64,000 nucleotides of DNA from Octopus bimaculoides (taxonomy: Eukaryota): positions 126,831,911 through 126,895,910 of the forward strand of contig NC_068982.1 in the NCBI RefSeq assembly GCF_001194135.2. The letters run 5' to 3'. Shown piece after piece: positions 26,094-39,200 of the stretch. Under the pieces are notes generated by a model. That model was given only the letters and a program-made list of their open reading frames with translations, had not been told where the DNA came from and made no database searches. A program made the translations under genes and the position numbers. Each line of letters begins with the position of its first letter. Positions within the stretch are counted from its first letter, which is position 1.

Positions 26094-26426
26094 CCAGTAT
26101 GTAGAAAAGGAGTAGGTAGTAACTCTATAAGATGTACCCGGTGCAAGCTATGGACACATAAGAGGTGCAGCAACATCAAAGGCAGGTTAACTAGCAAGTT
26201 AGTTTTTGTTTGTGGCAGATGTTCAGGTGCAATAAAGACTGCAAACAAACAGGAAACAACTTCTATCTCATTCCAGGGTGAAAAACTAGAGGTAGTCGAT
26301 AGCTTCCGCTATCTGGGCGACCAAGTTAGTAGTGGGGGTGGGTGCGCTGAAAGTGTAGCTGCTAGAATAAGAATAGCCTGGGCAAAGTTTAGAGAGCTCT
26401 TACCCCTGCTGGCGACAAAGGGACTC
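26094..26426 (+). mobile_element. 5'-truncated young RTE LINE ORF2 fragment running into an assembly gap
   Basis: 111 stop-free codons: PVCRKGVGSNSIRCTRCKLWTHKRC...CGRC...LEVVDSFRYLG...RIRIAWAKFREL. Confidence 0.9.
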
Positions 26427-27268
26427 NNNNNNNNNNNNNNNNNNNNNNNNNNNNNNNNNNNNNNNNNNNNNNNNNNNNNNNNNNNNNNNNNNNNNNNNNN
26501 NNNNNNNNNNNNNNNNNNNNNNNNNNNNNNNNNNNNNNNNNNNNNNNNNNNNNNNNNNNNNNNNNNNNNNNNNNNNNNNNNNNNNNNNNNNNNNNNNNNN
26601 NNNNNNNNNNNNNNNNNNNNNNNNNNNNNNNNNNNNNNNNNNNNNNNNNNNNNNNNNNNNNNNNNNNNNNNNNNNNNNNNNNNNNNNNNNNNNNNNNNNN
26701 NNNNNNNNNNNNNNNNNNNNNNNNNNNNNNNNNNNNNNNNNNNNNNNNNNNNNNNNNNNNNNNNNNNNNNNNNNNNNNNNNNNNNNNNNNNNNNNNNNNN
26801 NNNNNNNNNNNNNNNNNNNNNNNNNNNNNNNNNNNNNNNNNNNNNNNNNNNNNNNNNNNNNNNNNNNNNNNNNNNNNNNNNNNNNNNNNNNNNNNNNNNN
26901 NNNNNNNNNNNNNNNNNNNNNNNNNNNNNNNNNNNNNNNNNNNNNNNNNNNNNNNNNNNNNNNNNNNNNNNNNNNNNNNNNNNNNNNNNNNNNNNNNNNN
27001 NNNNNNNNNNNNNNNNNNNNNNNNNNNNNNNNNNNNNNNNNNNNNNNNNNNNNNNNNNNNNNNNNNNNNNNNNNNNNNNNNNNNNNNNNNNNNNNNNNNN
27101 NNNNNNNNNNNNNNNNNNNNNNNNNNNNNNNNNNNNNNNNNNNNNNNNNNNNNNNNNNNNNNNNNNNNNNNNNNNNNNNNNNNNNNNNNNNNNNNNNNNN
27201 NNNNNNNNNNNNNNNNNNNNNNNNNNNNNNNNNNNNNNNNNNNNNNNNNNNNNNNNNNNNNNNNNNNN
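26427..27268. other. Assembly gap (largest of several)
   Basis: N run; others at 3941-3950, 16465-16589, 22892-22991, 27992-28646, 31652-31862 and 61884-61893. Confidence 1.
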
Positions 27269-27861
27269 TATATATATATATATATTTAATGTGCATGCAC
27301 ACACATGCAATTTTTTTGCTAAATGATCTTAAGTTTCACTTATTAAAGCATGCTTTATTTTATTATTTACCTTTTCTAAGGTGGAAGGTGGCACAATTAT
27401 TCTTGTATTGGGCAAAATACTTGGCACTCCTTCAGGCTCTTTATGTTCTGAGTTCAAATTTTGCTGTGGTTGACCTTGCCTTTCATCCTTTCGGGGTTGA
27501 TCAACTACATACCAGTTGAGTACCATAGTTAATGTAACTGACTAGCCCCTGCTCAAAAGTCTCAGGCCTTGTGCCTATAGTAGAGATTACCTTTTCTTCA
27601 GATAACTGCTATGTAACTGGTGGGAACCAGTATAAAAACGATAGGGCTTAACAATAATTACTTATATTTAACAATTTCTTACATCAGCACAAAAACATAA
27701 CTTTATACCAAAAAATCATTCTTAATGGAATTTGATCTCAAAACCTAGAGCACAAAGAAATACTATAACGTTTTTTTAATCTACAGTAATCACCTCATGA
27801 GACTTGTATTCTATTGCTTTAATTAGAAAGAAAAGGAAGCAAAAAATTTCTTGGGTGCAGG

Positions 27862-28814
27862 CTTGCACACTCGCTCTATCACTTGCACACTCGCTCTATC
27901 ACTTGCACACTAGCTCTATCACTTGCACACTCGCTCTATCACTTGCACACTCGCTCTATCACTTGCACACTCGCTCTATCACTTGCACACTNNNNNNNNN
28001 NNNNNNNNNNNNNNNNNNNNNNNNNNNNNNNNNNNNNNNNNNNNNNNNNNNNNNNNNNNNNNNNNNNNNNNNNNNNNNNNNNNNNNNNNNNNNNNNNNNN
28101 NNNNNNNNNNNNNNNNNNNNNNNNNNNNNNNNNNNNNNNNNNNNNNNNNNNNNNNNNNNNNNNNNNNNNNNNNNNNNNNNNNNNNNNNNNNNNNNNNNNN
28201 NNNNNNNNNNNNNNNNNNNNNNNNNNNNNNNNNNNNNNNNNNNNNNNNNNNNNNNNNNNNNNNNNNNNNNNNNNNNNNNNNNNNNNNNNNNNNNNNNNNN
28301 NNNNNNNNNNNNNNNNNNNNNNNNNNNNNNNNNNNNNNNNNNNNNNNNNNNNNNNNNNNNNNNNNNNNNNNNNNNNNNNNNNNNNNNNNNNNNNNNNNNN
28401 NNNNNNNNNNNNNNNNNNNNNNNNNNNNNNNNNNNNNNNNNNNNNNNNNNNNNNNNNNNNNNNNNNNNNNNNNNNNNNNNNNNNNNNNNNNNNNNNNNNN
28501 NNNNNNNNNNNNNNNNNNNNNNNNNNNNNNNNNNNNNNNNNNNNNNNNNNNNNNNNNNNNNNNNNNNNNNNNNNNNNNNNNNNNNNNNNNNNNNNNNNNN
28601 NNNNNNNNNNNNNNNNNNNNNNNNNNNNNNNNNNNNNNNNNNNNNNCTCGCTCTATCACTTGCACACTCGCTCTATCACTTGCACACTCGCTCTATCACT
28701 TGCACACTCGCTCTATCACTTGCACACTCGCTCTATCACTTGCACACTCGCTCTATCACTTGCACACTCGCTCTATCACTTGCACACTCAATCTATCACT
28801 TGCACACTCGCTCT
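27862..28814. repeat. 20-bp minisatellite (cttgcacactcgctctatca)n spanning an N gap
   Basis: About 15 near-identical units visible on the two sides of gap 27992-28646. Confidence 0.95.
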
Positions 28815-29233
28815 CATTTTTACACTCACTCACATGCGCATGCACACATGCTCAAATGCATGCACACACTCCCCCCCCCGCCTTCCTTACATCTGCCTAT
28901 TGATCTTTTTTCTCCTACTAACCTAGTTTTCCTTCTTGCATGTTTTAATATATTTTTATGTGGATTCATATGTATCCTTTATATACATGTGTTCCTTTGC
29001 TTACAACTCTTTCATCTGTTGCAACCTTTCCCTCATGTTCCATAATTATCTTCCAGTCTTTGTGTAACTCTCTACTCTCCTTCCTCTCACCTCTCTTTGT
29101 TTCATTGCCCTGGCCATTATTCTTCTCTATATACACCATTTTCTTAACTGGTTACTCACTGCTCTTTTCTTAACTCTTTTTCTCTCACACATTCTTCAAA
29201 CATATTTACTCAGAGCTTATCTTAAGCATTTAA

Positions 29234-29453
29234 CTCCTTAGCATTTAAACTGACCACATCAGGCCTAAATTACTCTACCTGTTTTATGTTCAAACCAGTC
29301 TGATCCAGCCTCTCGCACCTATTCTACGAATGTCATTCTAAAAATAATCAATCACATCATTGATCTCTTGAAAATATGTCATAATGCACGATTACTTCAA
29401 AACAGAGAATAAATAAGCAATACATTTAACAGAGCAATCTGAATGCTAAAGGA
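29234..29453. mobile_element. TTAA-type MITE, opposite orientation, about 120 bp upstream of a PLEKHA8 exon
   Basis: ttaa|ctccttagcatttaaactg ... ctgaatgctaaagga|tcaa; reverse-complement match to the 46651 copy. Confidence 0.7.
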
Positions 29454-29575
29454 TCAAATACATCTCCCTCTGAAGAACCCTCAGGACTACCCTTCTCTTG
29501 TAGTTTTTGTGAATTCCAGTTTCATTTTGAAAGCAAAAGAAAATTGCTCCTAAACTATCTGCTCTATTTTCACAG

Positions 29576-29731
29576 TACACCCATCAGATTCCACACGGTT
29601 AGACCTGGTTATTCCTGGAGAGCAGCACTTCTACCTAAAAGCAGCTACACCTCATGAACGCCAACAGTGGCTTATTGCCCTTGGTACATCAAAAGCTTGC
29701 TTGGCAAATGGACGATCCCCACAGAGTACAG
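29576..29731 (+). CDS. PLEKHA8: PLEKHA8-like exon, end of PH domain
   Basis: cacag|TA...ACAG|gtttgt; VHPSDSTRLDLVIPGEQHFYLKAATPHERQQWLIALGTSKACL, typical FAPP PH C-terminus. Confidence 0.95.
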
Positions 29732-30251
29732 GTTTGTTCGCTACATTGGATATTAAGACATTTTATGAACTAATGGACAAAGAAAAATGAGCTAAAATTA
29801 CATTTTAAAATTGAAAAGAAATTAAAACAGATTTTTAACGACAATTTATCTTGTCATAATTGTTTGTTTTTTTTTAAATTCTTATCTCATTCAAGTCCTT
29901 CATTATAATCAGTTGTTAACTAACACTTTTTGAGATTCTAAAGTGGCTTTGTATTACTGCTAGTGCTTTAGGAAATCTTACTCTTGAGATGAGCTCCTTC
30001 TATTATCCTGGGTTTTTTTTTTTTTTCTTTTGTAGTTTATTTATGAAACCTCATTCATTTTAAAGACCTTCTTTATTCAAACTTTGGTTTCATGATTAGC
30101 ACCAAAATTGTTTTTGCTTCTATACTATCAAATAACGAGTGTCTCTGGTTGTACTTTTTAGGGAAATTTCATTTATATTTACTCCATTATGTATATTTAG
30201 CTTTGAGATTTTTAAGAGGAAACATTGAAATGATTTTTATTATTTGTTTAG

Positions 30252-30379
30252 GAGAAATTTCCCCTGATATTGTCAAAACCAAAAAATCAGAACTGAGATT
30301 GTATTGTGATCTTCTGATGAAGCAAGTCCATTCTGTAAAACAAGCAATCTCAAACCCAGATGAAACTCCGGATATTCAG
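30252..30379 (+). CDS. PLEKHA8: PLEKHA8-like exon, post-PH conserved helix
   Basis: tttag|GA...CAG|gtttga; phase 1 to 0; VKTKKSELRLYCDLLMKQV matches the FAPP motif SELRLYCDLL. Confidence 0.93.
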
Positions 30380-30959
30380 GTTTGAAAGGACTTTTTACCC
30401 CCACTCTCTCTCAGTAGAATGTTGTTTATAATATAGACTTATTAGATTCAGTGTTGTTAAATATTTGCTGTCATGATATTGTTCGATAGGCTATATAAAG
30501 TTTTTTTTTTTTTTTTTTTTTTTTGGACGGGAGGGGTGTAACTTATAATAAACTTTAGTAATATTCCACTGTTTATATTTTTTTTAAATGAAATGCGTAT
30601 AGGCAGTTATTATAGTGTTGTATAGAATACTTTGTGATAGTTGTTCTGACTCACTGCATTCTGAGTTCAAATCCTACCAAGGTTGACTTTAGTTTTCATT
30701 CTTTTGGAGTCAGTACAAAAATATCAATCTAAGGTTATGAATTGATCAACTTGTAAGGACATCAGATCAGATGCCTTACAATATTTGTCCTGCCCCCAGC
30801 AACAACCTAATAAGGGAGCCTCCAAATGGTTGCTTGACCTGTTAGTAATAATAGCAGCCAAATCTCCCTCAAATCACACCTTTCCTCATAAATAAGGAAA
30901 AGATGTGTTTAATGTCTTGCATAGCCCTAGAAAAATGTGGGGATGGTTTCAAGTGGAAT

Positions 30960-31235
30960 CATCATCATTTAACGTCTGCTTTCCATGCTAGCATGGGTTG
31001 GACAATTTGACTGGGGACAGGCGAACCGGATGGCTACACTAGACTCCAATCTGATCTGGCAGAGTTTCTACAGCTGGATGCCCTTCCTAATGCCAACCAC
31101 TCCGAGAGTGTAGTGGGTGCTTTTTACATGCCACCGGCACTAGGGCCAGTCTGGGGGTACTGGCAACGGCCACGCTCAAATGATGTTTTTTACGTTGCAC
31201 CAGCGCAAGTGCCAGTAAGGCGAAGCTGGCCTGCT
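30960..31235 (-). mobile_element. SINE family C with RTE-like (GAT)n tail
   Basis: catcatttaacgtctgctttccatgctagcatggg ... ggatgcccttcctaatgccaaccactcc. Confidence 0.88.
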
Positions 31236-32823
31236 TGGTCAGGACTGAGTTGGAGCTAAACACTGCCACCTCATTAAGTGATCTTCCACTGTTTCAGTTC
31301 AACTTAAGACATACCTCTTACTTTAGATACTTCAAAGGCTATGATCACACCTCTTTGCTTCCCCAGAGTAAATTGAAAATCAAGTCGGCTGACTTCAAAA
31401 TATCGGATCATTTTTGTAATTTCTGGAATTGAATTGAATCATAAACCAAACAGCTCAATTGTCAAGTATAACTTAATTCAAGGAGTGGAGTGACTTGATC
31501 TGAATTTTGACCTTTTAGTGATATTGTAATCATCTACCTTTATATCATGAACAGCCTGATAGCAGATAGCTTTAGAATTTTGTATGAAACTGTTTTATAT
31601 TCTGAGTAAATAAAACAAAATTTTAAAATGTGTGCAAGTAGAATGTAACAGNNNNNNNNNNNNNNNNNNNNNNNNNNNNNNNNNNNNNNNNNNNNNNNNN
31701 NNNNNNNNNNNNNNNNNNNNNNNNNNNNNNNNNNNNNNNNNNNNNNNNNNNNNNNNNNNNNNNNNNNNNNNNNNNNNNNNNNNNNNNNNNNNNNNNNNNN
31801 NNNNNNNNNNNNNNNNNNNNNNNNNNNNNNNNNNNNNNNNNNNNNNNNNNNNNNNNNNNNNNATAAAATGGATATAAAATATAATTAATAAAATGATTTT
31901 TTTTGTATGTGTATTGTGTTTTTGCATGCATGTGAGTACCTGTGCACGCATGCTTATGAATTTGTATCTGGACGTGAATGAGATTGAAGAAAGTCGTAGT
32001 CTTTGAATTGTTTGTATTTTCTAAGTTGGATGATTGTGACCTGATCTGCTGGAACATGGTTTACTCAGAAGGCTTCTTCATTCCAATCTACCTCTTATTC
32101 TAGATTTACTTCAATGGAGACAAAAAAATAAAGTAAATCTGGAAGTGAAGCTAGTAAAATATATGGTTCAAAACTGTACAAAAGACAGACAGGTGAGGGC
32201 AACAACAAACAAGGTGTATTACTTTGATGCTCTGGAAAAATGGAAAAAGTCTTTGACATTTTGAGCCTACAGTCTTCTACAGAAAAGAGCGAAGAAAGAA
32301 AACAGATGGAGAATTGAGGGAAAATTAAAATTAATTGGTTTTTACTTTCCACTATAAAATTAACATTTTATTTATAAGTAGGAGAAATAAATTTCTTGAG
32401 ACTGGAAAAAAAAAATGGGGAAGGGTAAGTTGTGGCACCTTGAGCAAGTGTCAGCCCTGGAGCTGACAAAAGTCTTGTGAGTAGAATTGGTAGGCAGAAA
32501 CTGAAAGAAACTCATTGTGTGTGCGTGTGTCCTTTTGATATTGTGTGATTGTTGTAAACGAATGTCATTAATTTCCAATATTATGCTCAAATATGTCTGG
32601 CCATGAGAGAATATTCCCTTGCTTGAAAACGGATGTGGATTGGTGACAGGAAAAGCATTCAGTCATAGAAAATCTGCCTCACTAAACTCTGTCCGACCCA
32701 TTCATTCATGGAAAAGTAGACATTAAAACGATGATGGTAATTGCAATTTTATATAAATATTGTATACTGGTGTATTTTGAATTTTTTAAATATTTAAAAA
32801 AAATTATATTTTGTCTGTTTTAG

Positions 32824-32994
32824 AAACTGAATGATGCCACATCTCTGTTGAGTGCGACCTGTGATACCTTCATACAAACCCTTGAAGACTGTATGAGAAT
32901 TGCCAATGCAACAATAGCTTATGAAGTGCCTAACCAATATGTAATAAATTCTTCCATACCAATTTCATCTCCAACCAAAAGCAACTATAAATTG
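32824..32994 (+). CDS. PLEKHA8: PLEKHA8-like exon
   Basis: tttag|AAA...TTG|gtaaat; phase 0 to 0; KLNDATSLLSATCDTFIQTLEDCMRIAN matches the FAPP motif SLLSATC.TF..TLE.C. Confidence 0.92.
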
Positions 32995-34389
32995 GTAAAT
33001 TATTAATAAACATATAATACTTTTGTGTAATAGAAATGAAGGATAAAAAAAAATTGTTTATTCTGTTAGTTTCAAACAAGTTTTAGGAGTTATGAAATTC
33101 TTCAGAAAAATATTTAAATGTTTTATAGTCATTGTTATTAAAATTATATATATTAAAATATTGGATTTGATTTAGCAGTTCATTTAGTAATTTTGGATCT
33201 TTGTAACTGGTTTAAACTTGTATATGCACCAGATATTTCAGTTGTATTTCCTCTTAATATTAACTGCACAAGCTATCTTGGGCATTGTGACCTGTTTCTG
33301 ACACATATATTAATCAAAATGCTCTACATTTTGCAGAGATAAAAAAAGAAAGCATGCAACATCTAAATATCTTTTTTTTAATTTATGCTTATCTCTTGCA
33401 CTTCCACTGATAAATGTGAATTTATGTAGCTTATCTATATTAATTAAACAACCAGTTTAGTCTCCAATTTGTATCCTGTATTGCACTTTAATGTTATATA
33501 TACTTGAAGTTAAATTAGCTAAAATAACTGTAAGGCTTTGTTAGCTATTTTTGTATTGAATTATAACATGGCTTAGTGGGTTAGGCAACTGAGTTCTTAA
33601 TCATAAGGTTGTGTGTTCAATTCCAGATTCAGGAGAGGCATTGTGGCCTTGGGCTATGTATTTTACTTGCTATTGTTCCAATCCACTCAGCTGGCAAAAA
33701 ATGAGTATTAAGATTGACATTATGCCTTGCCATTGTTAAATTAGTACAGCAATATTCAAAAGCCCACAGTACAACCAAAAACCCTCAGGAATAAGATACT
33801 TGAAGGAAAATTATTTTAGTTACTGGCCTTACATGATATCAATATGCACAGGTATAGGAAGGTGTTGAAAGTTGTATAACAACACACAGGAAAATAAGTT
33901 TAATCATTAAATTTTAATAAACTGTGGTTGTGAACTGAAGAATTTAAAATGAGATGCTAATGTTGAAGAAGATATTCATAACGTCTTTTTATTCTACTGT
34001 TTTGTGGAAGGACATGCTCTATAAGTTCCACAAGCCTTCCAAAACTGGTAACAGCAATCCAGTTGAAGTTCAGCTTGAACATCCCCTAGTTGACATCTAC
34101 CAGCAAAATGTGGCTAGGGAAGGAATTCCAGAGGAATGATGTTCTGGGAAAGAAGGATTGGAATGAGTGGTCAGTGCAGGGCATAGAAGAGCTGACTGTT
34201 CCTGAATGGGGTAGATGTTGTAAGCAACTAACCAGTTAAGAGAAGCAGATACTATTGCTGTAGGGGTATAAAATAGACAGCAGTTCTAGTGTATTACTAA
34301 CCAATCACATGCCTTCCTAGGATATTTGTATGTAGTATTAGCAAGAACTTGTCATTTGTAGGATTTGTGACTGATCAGGAGTTAAGTAG

Positions 34390-34930
34390 GTTCTCACCCT
34401 GATGATGAAGGTTGCATCCTTAGGATGCAGTTTTGGCTACATTTTGTATATGGAATCATCAGAGATTGTAAAATTTAGCTTCAACAGCAACTTTTGGGAT
34501 TTTAATTGCATGTTACTCAAACATGCACAGTGCAGGGAAGGTAATTGAGGTGTGATATTCAAATTATATAATGAAATTCTAATAGTCAAGAAATTCCTGA
34601 TGATTGTTGATTTCTGTTTGTAAATGTCTAATGAATATGGCTTCTTTAATGTACAAACTTCTAAAGTAATTTTTGGCATTTCCAACCTAGCAGTTCCATA
34701 ATGTGCATATTCTTTTGGAATTGATTGTCCAGACGGTCCTAATTAAGTTTGATGCTCAGTTCTTCTTTTGTATTGTGGATGTAATAGTTTTGGCGATATG
34801 TTTGCTTAATGTGTGGCCTGCAGAACCAGATGTTCTCAGGAGGAGTCTTTTTCTTTCTTGGTTGGTTTCTAATAAAAATCTTCCTAGCATCAGTTTTCTC
34901 TTAAAACATTGTAGAGCTTAACATTAATGA
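34390..34930 (-). mobile_element. Penelope-like element remnant (GIY-YIG C-terminus and 3' end)
   Basis: YFRSLYIKEAIFIRHLQTEINNHQ resembles the PLE endonuclease end (KEAIYIR...LN); a CTGATGA motif follows downstream. Confidence 0.55.
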
Positions 34931-36373
34931 CTCCTGTTGTCAATGTGCCATTTTGAATTAGTCGGTAAAGCATTGAAATCATCAAACAACTTACAGAATT
35001 TGATGTTTATGTTCTTACCACTTTCAAATGGAAATTATACAGAAAAAGAAATCTTGATTTTATTAGCTGTTCATTGTTGAAACTGTCAAGTTCCTGTGAT
35101 AGTTCAATGCTAAACATTATCAAAAGCATTATAGTTATTGTATGCTTTTAGATAAGAGCATGTTTTTATAAAAACAGTGTCCCCATATCTCATAAAAATA
35201 GGTTCAAGAGTAATGCATACATCTTGCATATCAACATGTATTATTGATATTCTTGTAAGCTGTTGGTATCATCATTTCACGTCTGTTGTCCATACTGGCA
35301 TTGGATCGGACAGTTTGACCAAGGCTGGTAAGTTGAGGAGCTGCACCAGATTCCAGTCTGATTTGGTGTAGTTTCTACAGCTGGATACCTTTCCTAATGC
35401 CAACCACTCCAAGAGTGTAATGGGTGCTTCTACGTGTCACTGGTACATGCACCTGTTATATGACACCAGCATCTGTCACAACTACAATCTCACTCAGCTT
35501 GATAGATCTTCCTTTTTAAGTGCAGCATATTGCCAAAGGTCTGTCATTTGTCAAGATCTCGGTCATATAAATAAATGCCTGTCAAAACAAAATGTTCAGA
35601 ATTATGGATAGCAGCTGGTATATATCTGACATTGGCCTGGTCTGTTACTCAGATTAACACTATCAATTAATGTTGGAGTTAGGTCTCTAGTTTGAGGATA
35701 ACTTCCTTCCTTCCTTCCACAGTCTTAAATTCCTAAAAAAGCTCATGGGTGCTAACTTTTCTCTTGACTCATTGATTTATAAGAAGAAAAAAAATATTCA
35801 TTGCTATCAGCATGTCTATGAATGATTGAGTAGTTACAGAAGTGTGACAAGGAAACGTCTGGGTTGAAAGCTATCTTTTACATTTGCAAGAGCTAGAAAT
35901 GATCTGTAGTATCAATGTTCCCTATGAAGGGAATCTTAAGTGAAGACAGCATATTTTGAACATGGGTCTCCTTCAATACTGTGCTTGATGGGATTTTTGA
36001 ATGAAGTCTGTTGTGAATTTGATGAGATGGTAAAGTATAGAAATTGTAGTAATGGAGGTATAGTTAATCCTGTTTGGGATTCTTCTTTGAATACACTCTT
36101 TTAGGCTGTGTTGGTTGGTAAGGTTCTCACAATGATTAAATAAGATGTTGATGGTTAGTTAGTGCACATTGTTTGTTAATTAGTGTTATTCAATAAGTAT
36201 TAAAATGAGTCAGTATGACACAGTTAAAAAAAGTACAAAAAAAACTAAATTTTTCAAAAGTTATGAATAAAAGTTCTGATTTCATGTTTTACAATATTAT
36301 AAAATAGCTATTTTTGCTATTGTTTCGGCAATTTGCTCTTATGTAATATATAGCTTGATTAATTTGATTTCAG

Positions 36374-36414
36374 GCAACAAAGAATAACATTCGAAAATCA
36401 ATATCCTTAGACAG
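36374..36414 (+). CDS. PLEKHA8: PLEKHA8-like 41-nt linker exon
   Basis: tttcag|GCA...GACAG|gtaaaa; ATKNNIRKSISLD(R); supplies the phase 0 to 2 change needed to join the flanking exons. Confidence 0.75.
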
Positions 36415-37375
36415 GTAAAAATATATTTCTTTAAAATTAAATAACCATTGAAATCTAAGGTGGACATCTAGAAATAACTTTTTTGCTTTTAAAAATAATT
36501 CTGAAACATTATTAAAAATAAACAAAACAGTAATACTGTATTTCTTGCTAACTCCTATTTTCAAGGCATTTCCTCTGTTTGTTTAGTACTTATGTTATCA
36601 TGCTATTCTTCTGATATGAAGATTATATTGTATTATAAAACTGAGTGAAAGAGTATTGAGTGTTGTTGGTACAGAGTATCCATGACAGGGAGGAAAAAGA
36701 AGTGAAGTCAAATATTGGGATACTTGTCTTCACAAATGATATGGCCAAAGATTGAGATGAATGGAAACATCCTGTATGACAGATCTGTTCAGCTCATTCC
36801 AACTTGGAAAAATAGAAGTTATGATAGCTGTGATTTTTATGACAGTGGCATGCTGGGAAAATTGTTACTGTGCTGGACAAAACTCTGAGGCATTTCCTCA
36901 GGCTCTTTACATTTTGAGTTCAAATGCCACCATGGTTGACTTTGCCTTTCATCCATTTGAGATGGATAAAATAAGTACTAGTCAAGCACTGGAGTCAATC
37001 ATTCACTTCTAAAATTGCTGGCCTTCTGCCAAAGTTTGAAACCATTATGATTAAAATAGAAATTAATAGGAACTTCAGACAGTTCTAAATTATTATTTGT
37101 GAACATATTTTAGATTTTTTGCCTTCAAGCATAATAGATTTAAATAATTATAAAATTATACTCAACTCTTATTTATAACTAATAATATAATATTGATTGG
37201 AATATTATAACCAGATTCCAGTGTTTTAATATGGATGCAAATTGCTGGCAATGAGAGACTGCTGTAAGAAAATGCTGTGGAAGTATGAAGCTTGTAGGAA
37301 TTCTGAAATAACATTTAAAAAAAAAATAATAATTTTACTTACAAAGCTAAGCTAAACATTTTATTTTCATTTCAG

Positions 37376-37654
37376 ACCAATTATGAAAAATGGTATTCAA
37401 GACCATAAATCAATGAAATACTCAAATAGTGACCAATATTTACAAAAGAAATCTCCAAACAGAATGGACAGTGTAACTTCAGATTCTTCAGACTGTCAAA
37501 TATCTGGCTGTGAAGACAACAGTAACCGTTCCCTTAGTTCTGATACTAGAATAATGCCTGCCGTACCGTCAGATCTGAGGCCCCGTCACATATCAGATGA
37601 AAGTTTAATCATAATGAATTCCACAGACACTTTCTTTTCTTATCTGACACACAG
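37376..37654 (+). CDS. PLEKHA8: PLEKHA8-like exon, Ser/Asp-rich linker to start of GLTP domain
   Basis: ttcag|A...CACAG|gtttgg; phase 2 to 2; open frame (ORF 37383) ending TFFSYLTH, similar to the FAPP2 TFFS motif. Confidence 0.88.
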
Positions 37655-38152
37655 GTTTGGATATATATTTTTATACATGTATATGTATTTCATGTTAAGG
37701 AAAGCTATATAACATGTAAATGTTGTGCTTAGCTTCTTTTGCAAATTCCAAGTATTTTTATCTAATGTATATTTCAAATTATAGTAAAACCCTTATTCAG
37801 AAGACCTTGTTCATTGGTCAAGAACCATTAGATAGTATTTATAAACTATTTATTGTAAATTGCAGCTTTGACTAAATGACTGAAATTCTTCACCTCTGTC
37901 AAGCACAAACATAAAATTTGTAAAATATATTAAATTTGTATGCTCTATAGAGACAAAGCACTGATGTTTCAGACAGAGCACCTCTTTGAAATTGTCTCAG
38001 TCGGTTAGTAAAAAATAATGATGTGATTAAAGATCAGATCCATGTATACTACACAATTATATATATTATAATGGATTTTGCTTTAACTTATCCTTAAAAG
38101 ATTCAATAAGGATAAGAGGGATTCACTTTTCACTATTTTTTTCTGTTTAAAG

Positions 38153-38238
38153 CTTTGAAACATGTCTTCTTGATAGTGCTGGTGAAGTCCCTGTTGAGCC
38201 ATTCCTTGATTCTTGTAAATCAATTTTACCTATATTTG
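38153..38238 (+). CDS. PLEKHA8: PLEKHA8-like exon, GLTP domain
   Basis: ttaaag|C...TTTG|gtgagt; phase 2 to 1; FETCLLDSAGEVPVEPFLDSCKSILPIF. Confidence 0.9.
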
Positions 38239-38500
38239 GTGAGTCATGCTTATTTTTTTATAAGTTTATAATAAATCTGACTGAGAACCAAATCATGAAA
38301 ACATTAACAACTATAATGTGTACAGTATAGAATGTTCGTATTTTTAAGAGCAATCCAACCATATTTCAAAATAGACTTTTCCACAAACTTATAAATCAAT
38401 TCTTTCAATTTAAATCAGATTTGTTTTTATTTTGTCTTATGTTGAGCATTTTATAACTTGTACATGACATTGGAATAACACAATTAATTTATTTTTCCAG

Positions 38501-38559
38501 ATAAATTGAATAGTACAGCATTTGCAACAGTGAAAATGGATTTTTCTAGCAACATTCAG
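38501..38559 (+). CDS. PLEKHA8: PLEKHA8-like exon, GLTP domain (VKMD...NI motif)
   Basis: ttccag|AT...CAG|gtgatt; phase 1 to 0; DKLNSTAFATVKMDFSSNIQ. Confidence 0.92.
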
Positions 38560-38774
38560 GTGATTCTTATTTAACTAATTTTGTTGGTTTTGCTGTGCAT
38601 GAAAAGACCCAGTCATCTTAGCAAAAATGCTGCCCTATAAGCATTTCATTTATTGTTATACCCCTGCATACAATGACTGTAGAAAACTGTCTTACACCCT
38701 AAACACATCACTTTCTTATTGCTTGTGCAAGTCTATTATAATTCCCTCTTTGCTCACATCAATATACATACATT

Positions 38775-39200
38775 CATCAGCATCATCATCGTTTGACGTC
38801 TGCTTTCCATGCTAACATAGGTTGGACAATTTGACTGAGGACTGGCAAACCAGATGGCTGCACCAGGCTCCAATCTGATCTGGCAGAGTTTCTACAGCTG
38901 GATGCCCTTCCTAACACCAACCACTCCGAGAGTGTAGTGGGTGCTTTTACGTGCCACCGGCACGAGGGCCAGTCAGGCAACGCTGGTAATGATCACGCAC
39001 AAATGGTGCTTTTCACATGCCACCGGCACGGGAGCCAGACGGCTGCTCTGGCAATGATCACGCTCAGATGGTGCTGTTAGTGCTCCACCGGCACAGGTGC
39101 CAGTTATCGAATTTGGTTCAATTTTGATTTCACTTGCCCCAACAGGTCTTCGCAAGCAGAGTTTAGTGTCCAATGAAGGAAAGGTTGGCATGGGTGCCAG
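38775..39200 (-). mobile_element. SINE family C with internal 65-70 bp subrepeats
   Basis: Same tail; ccaccggcac motif repeated three times. Confidence 0.88.

Noticed and set aside
27804-29045. Long ORFs and a regularly spaced repeat resembling a repeat protein or CRISPR array
   Set aside because: Artefact of a 20-bp tandem repeat plus N gap; no spacers; eukaryotic intron.
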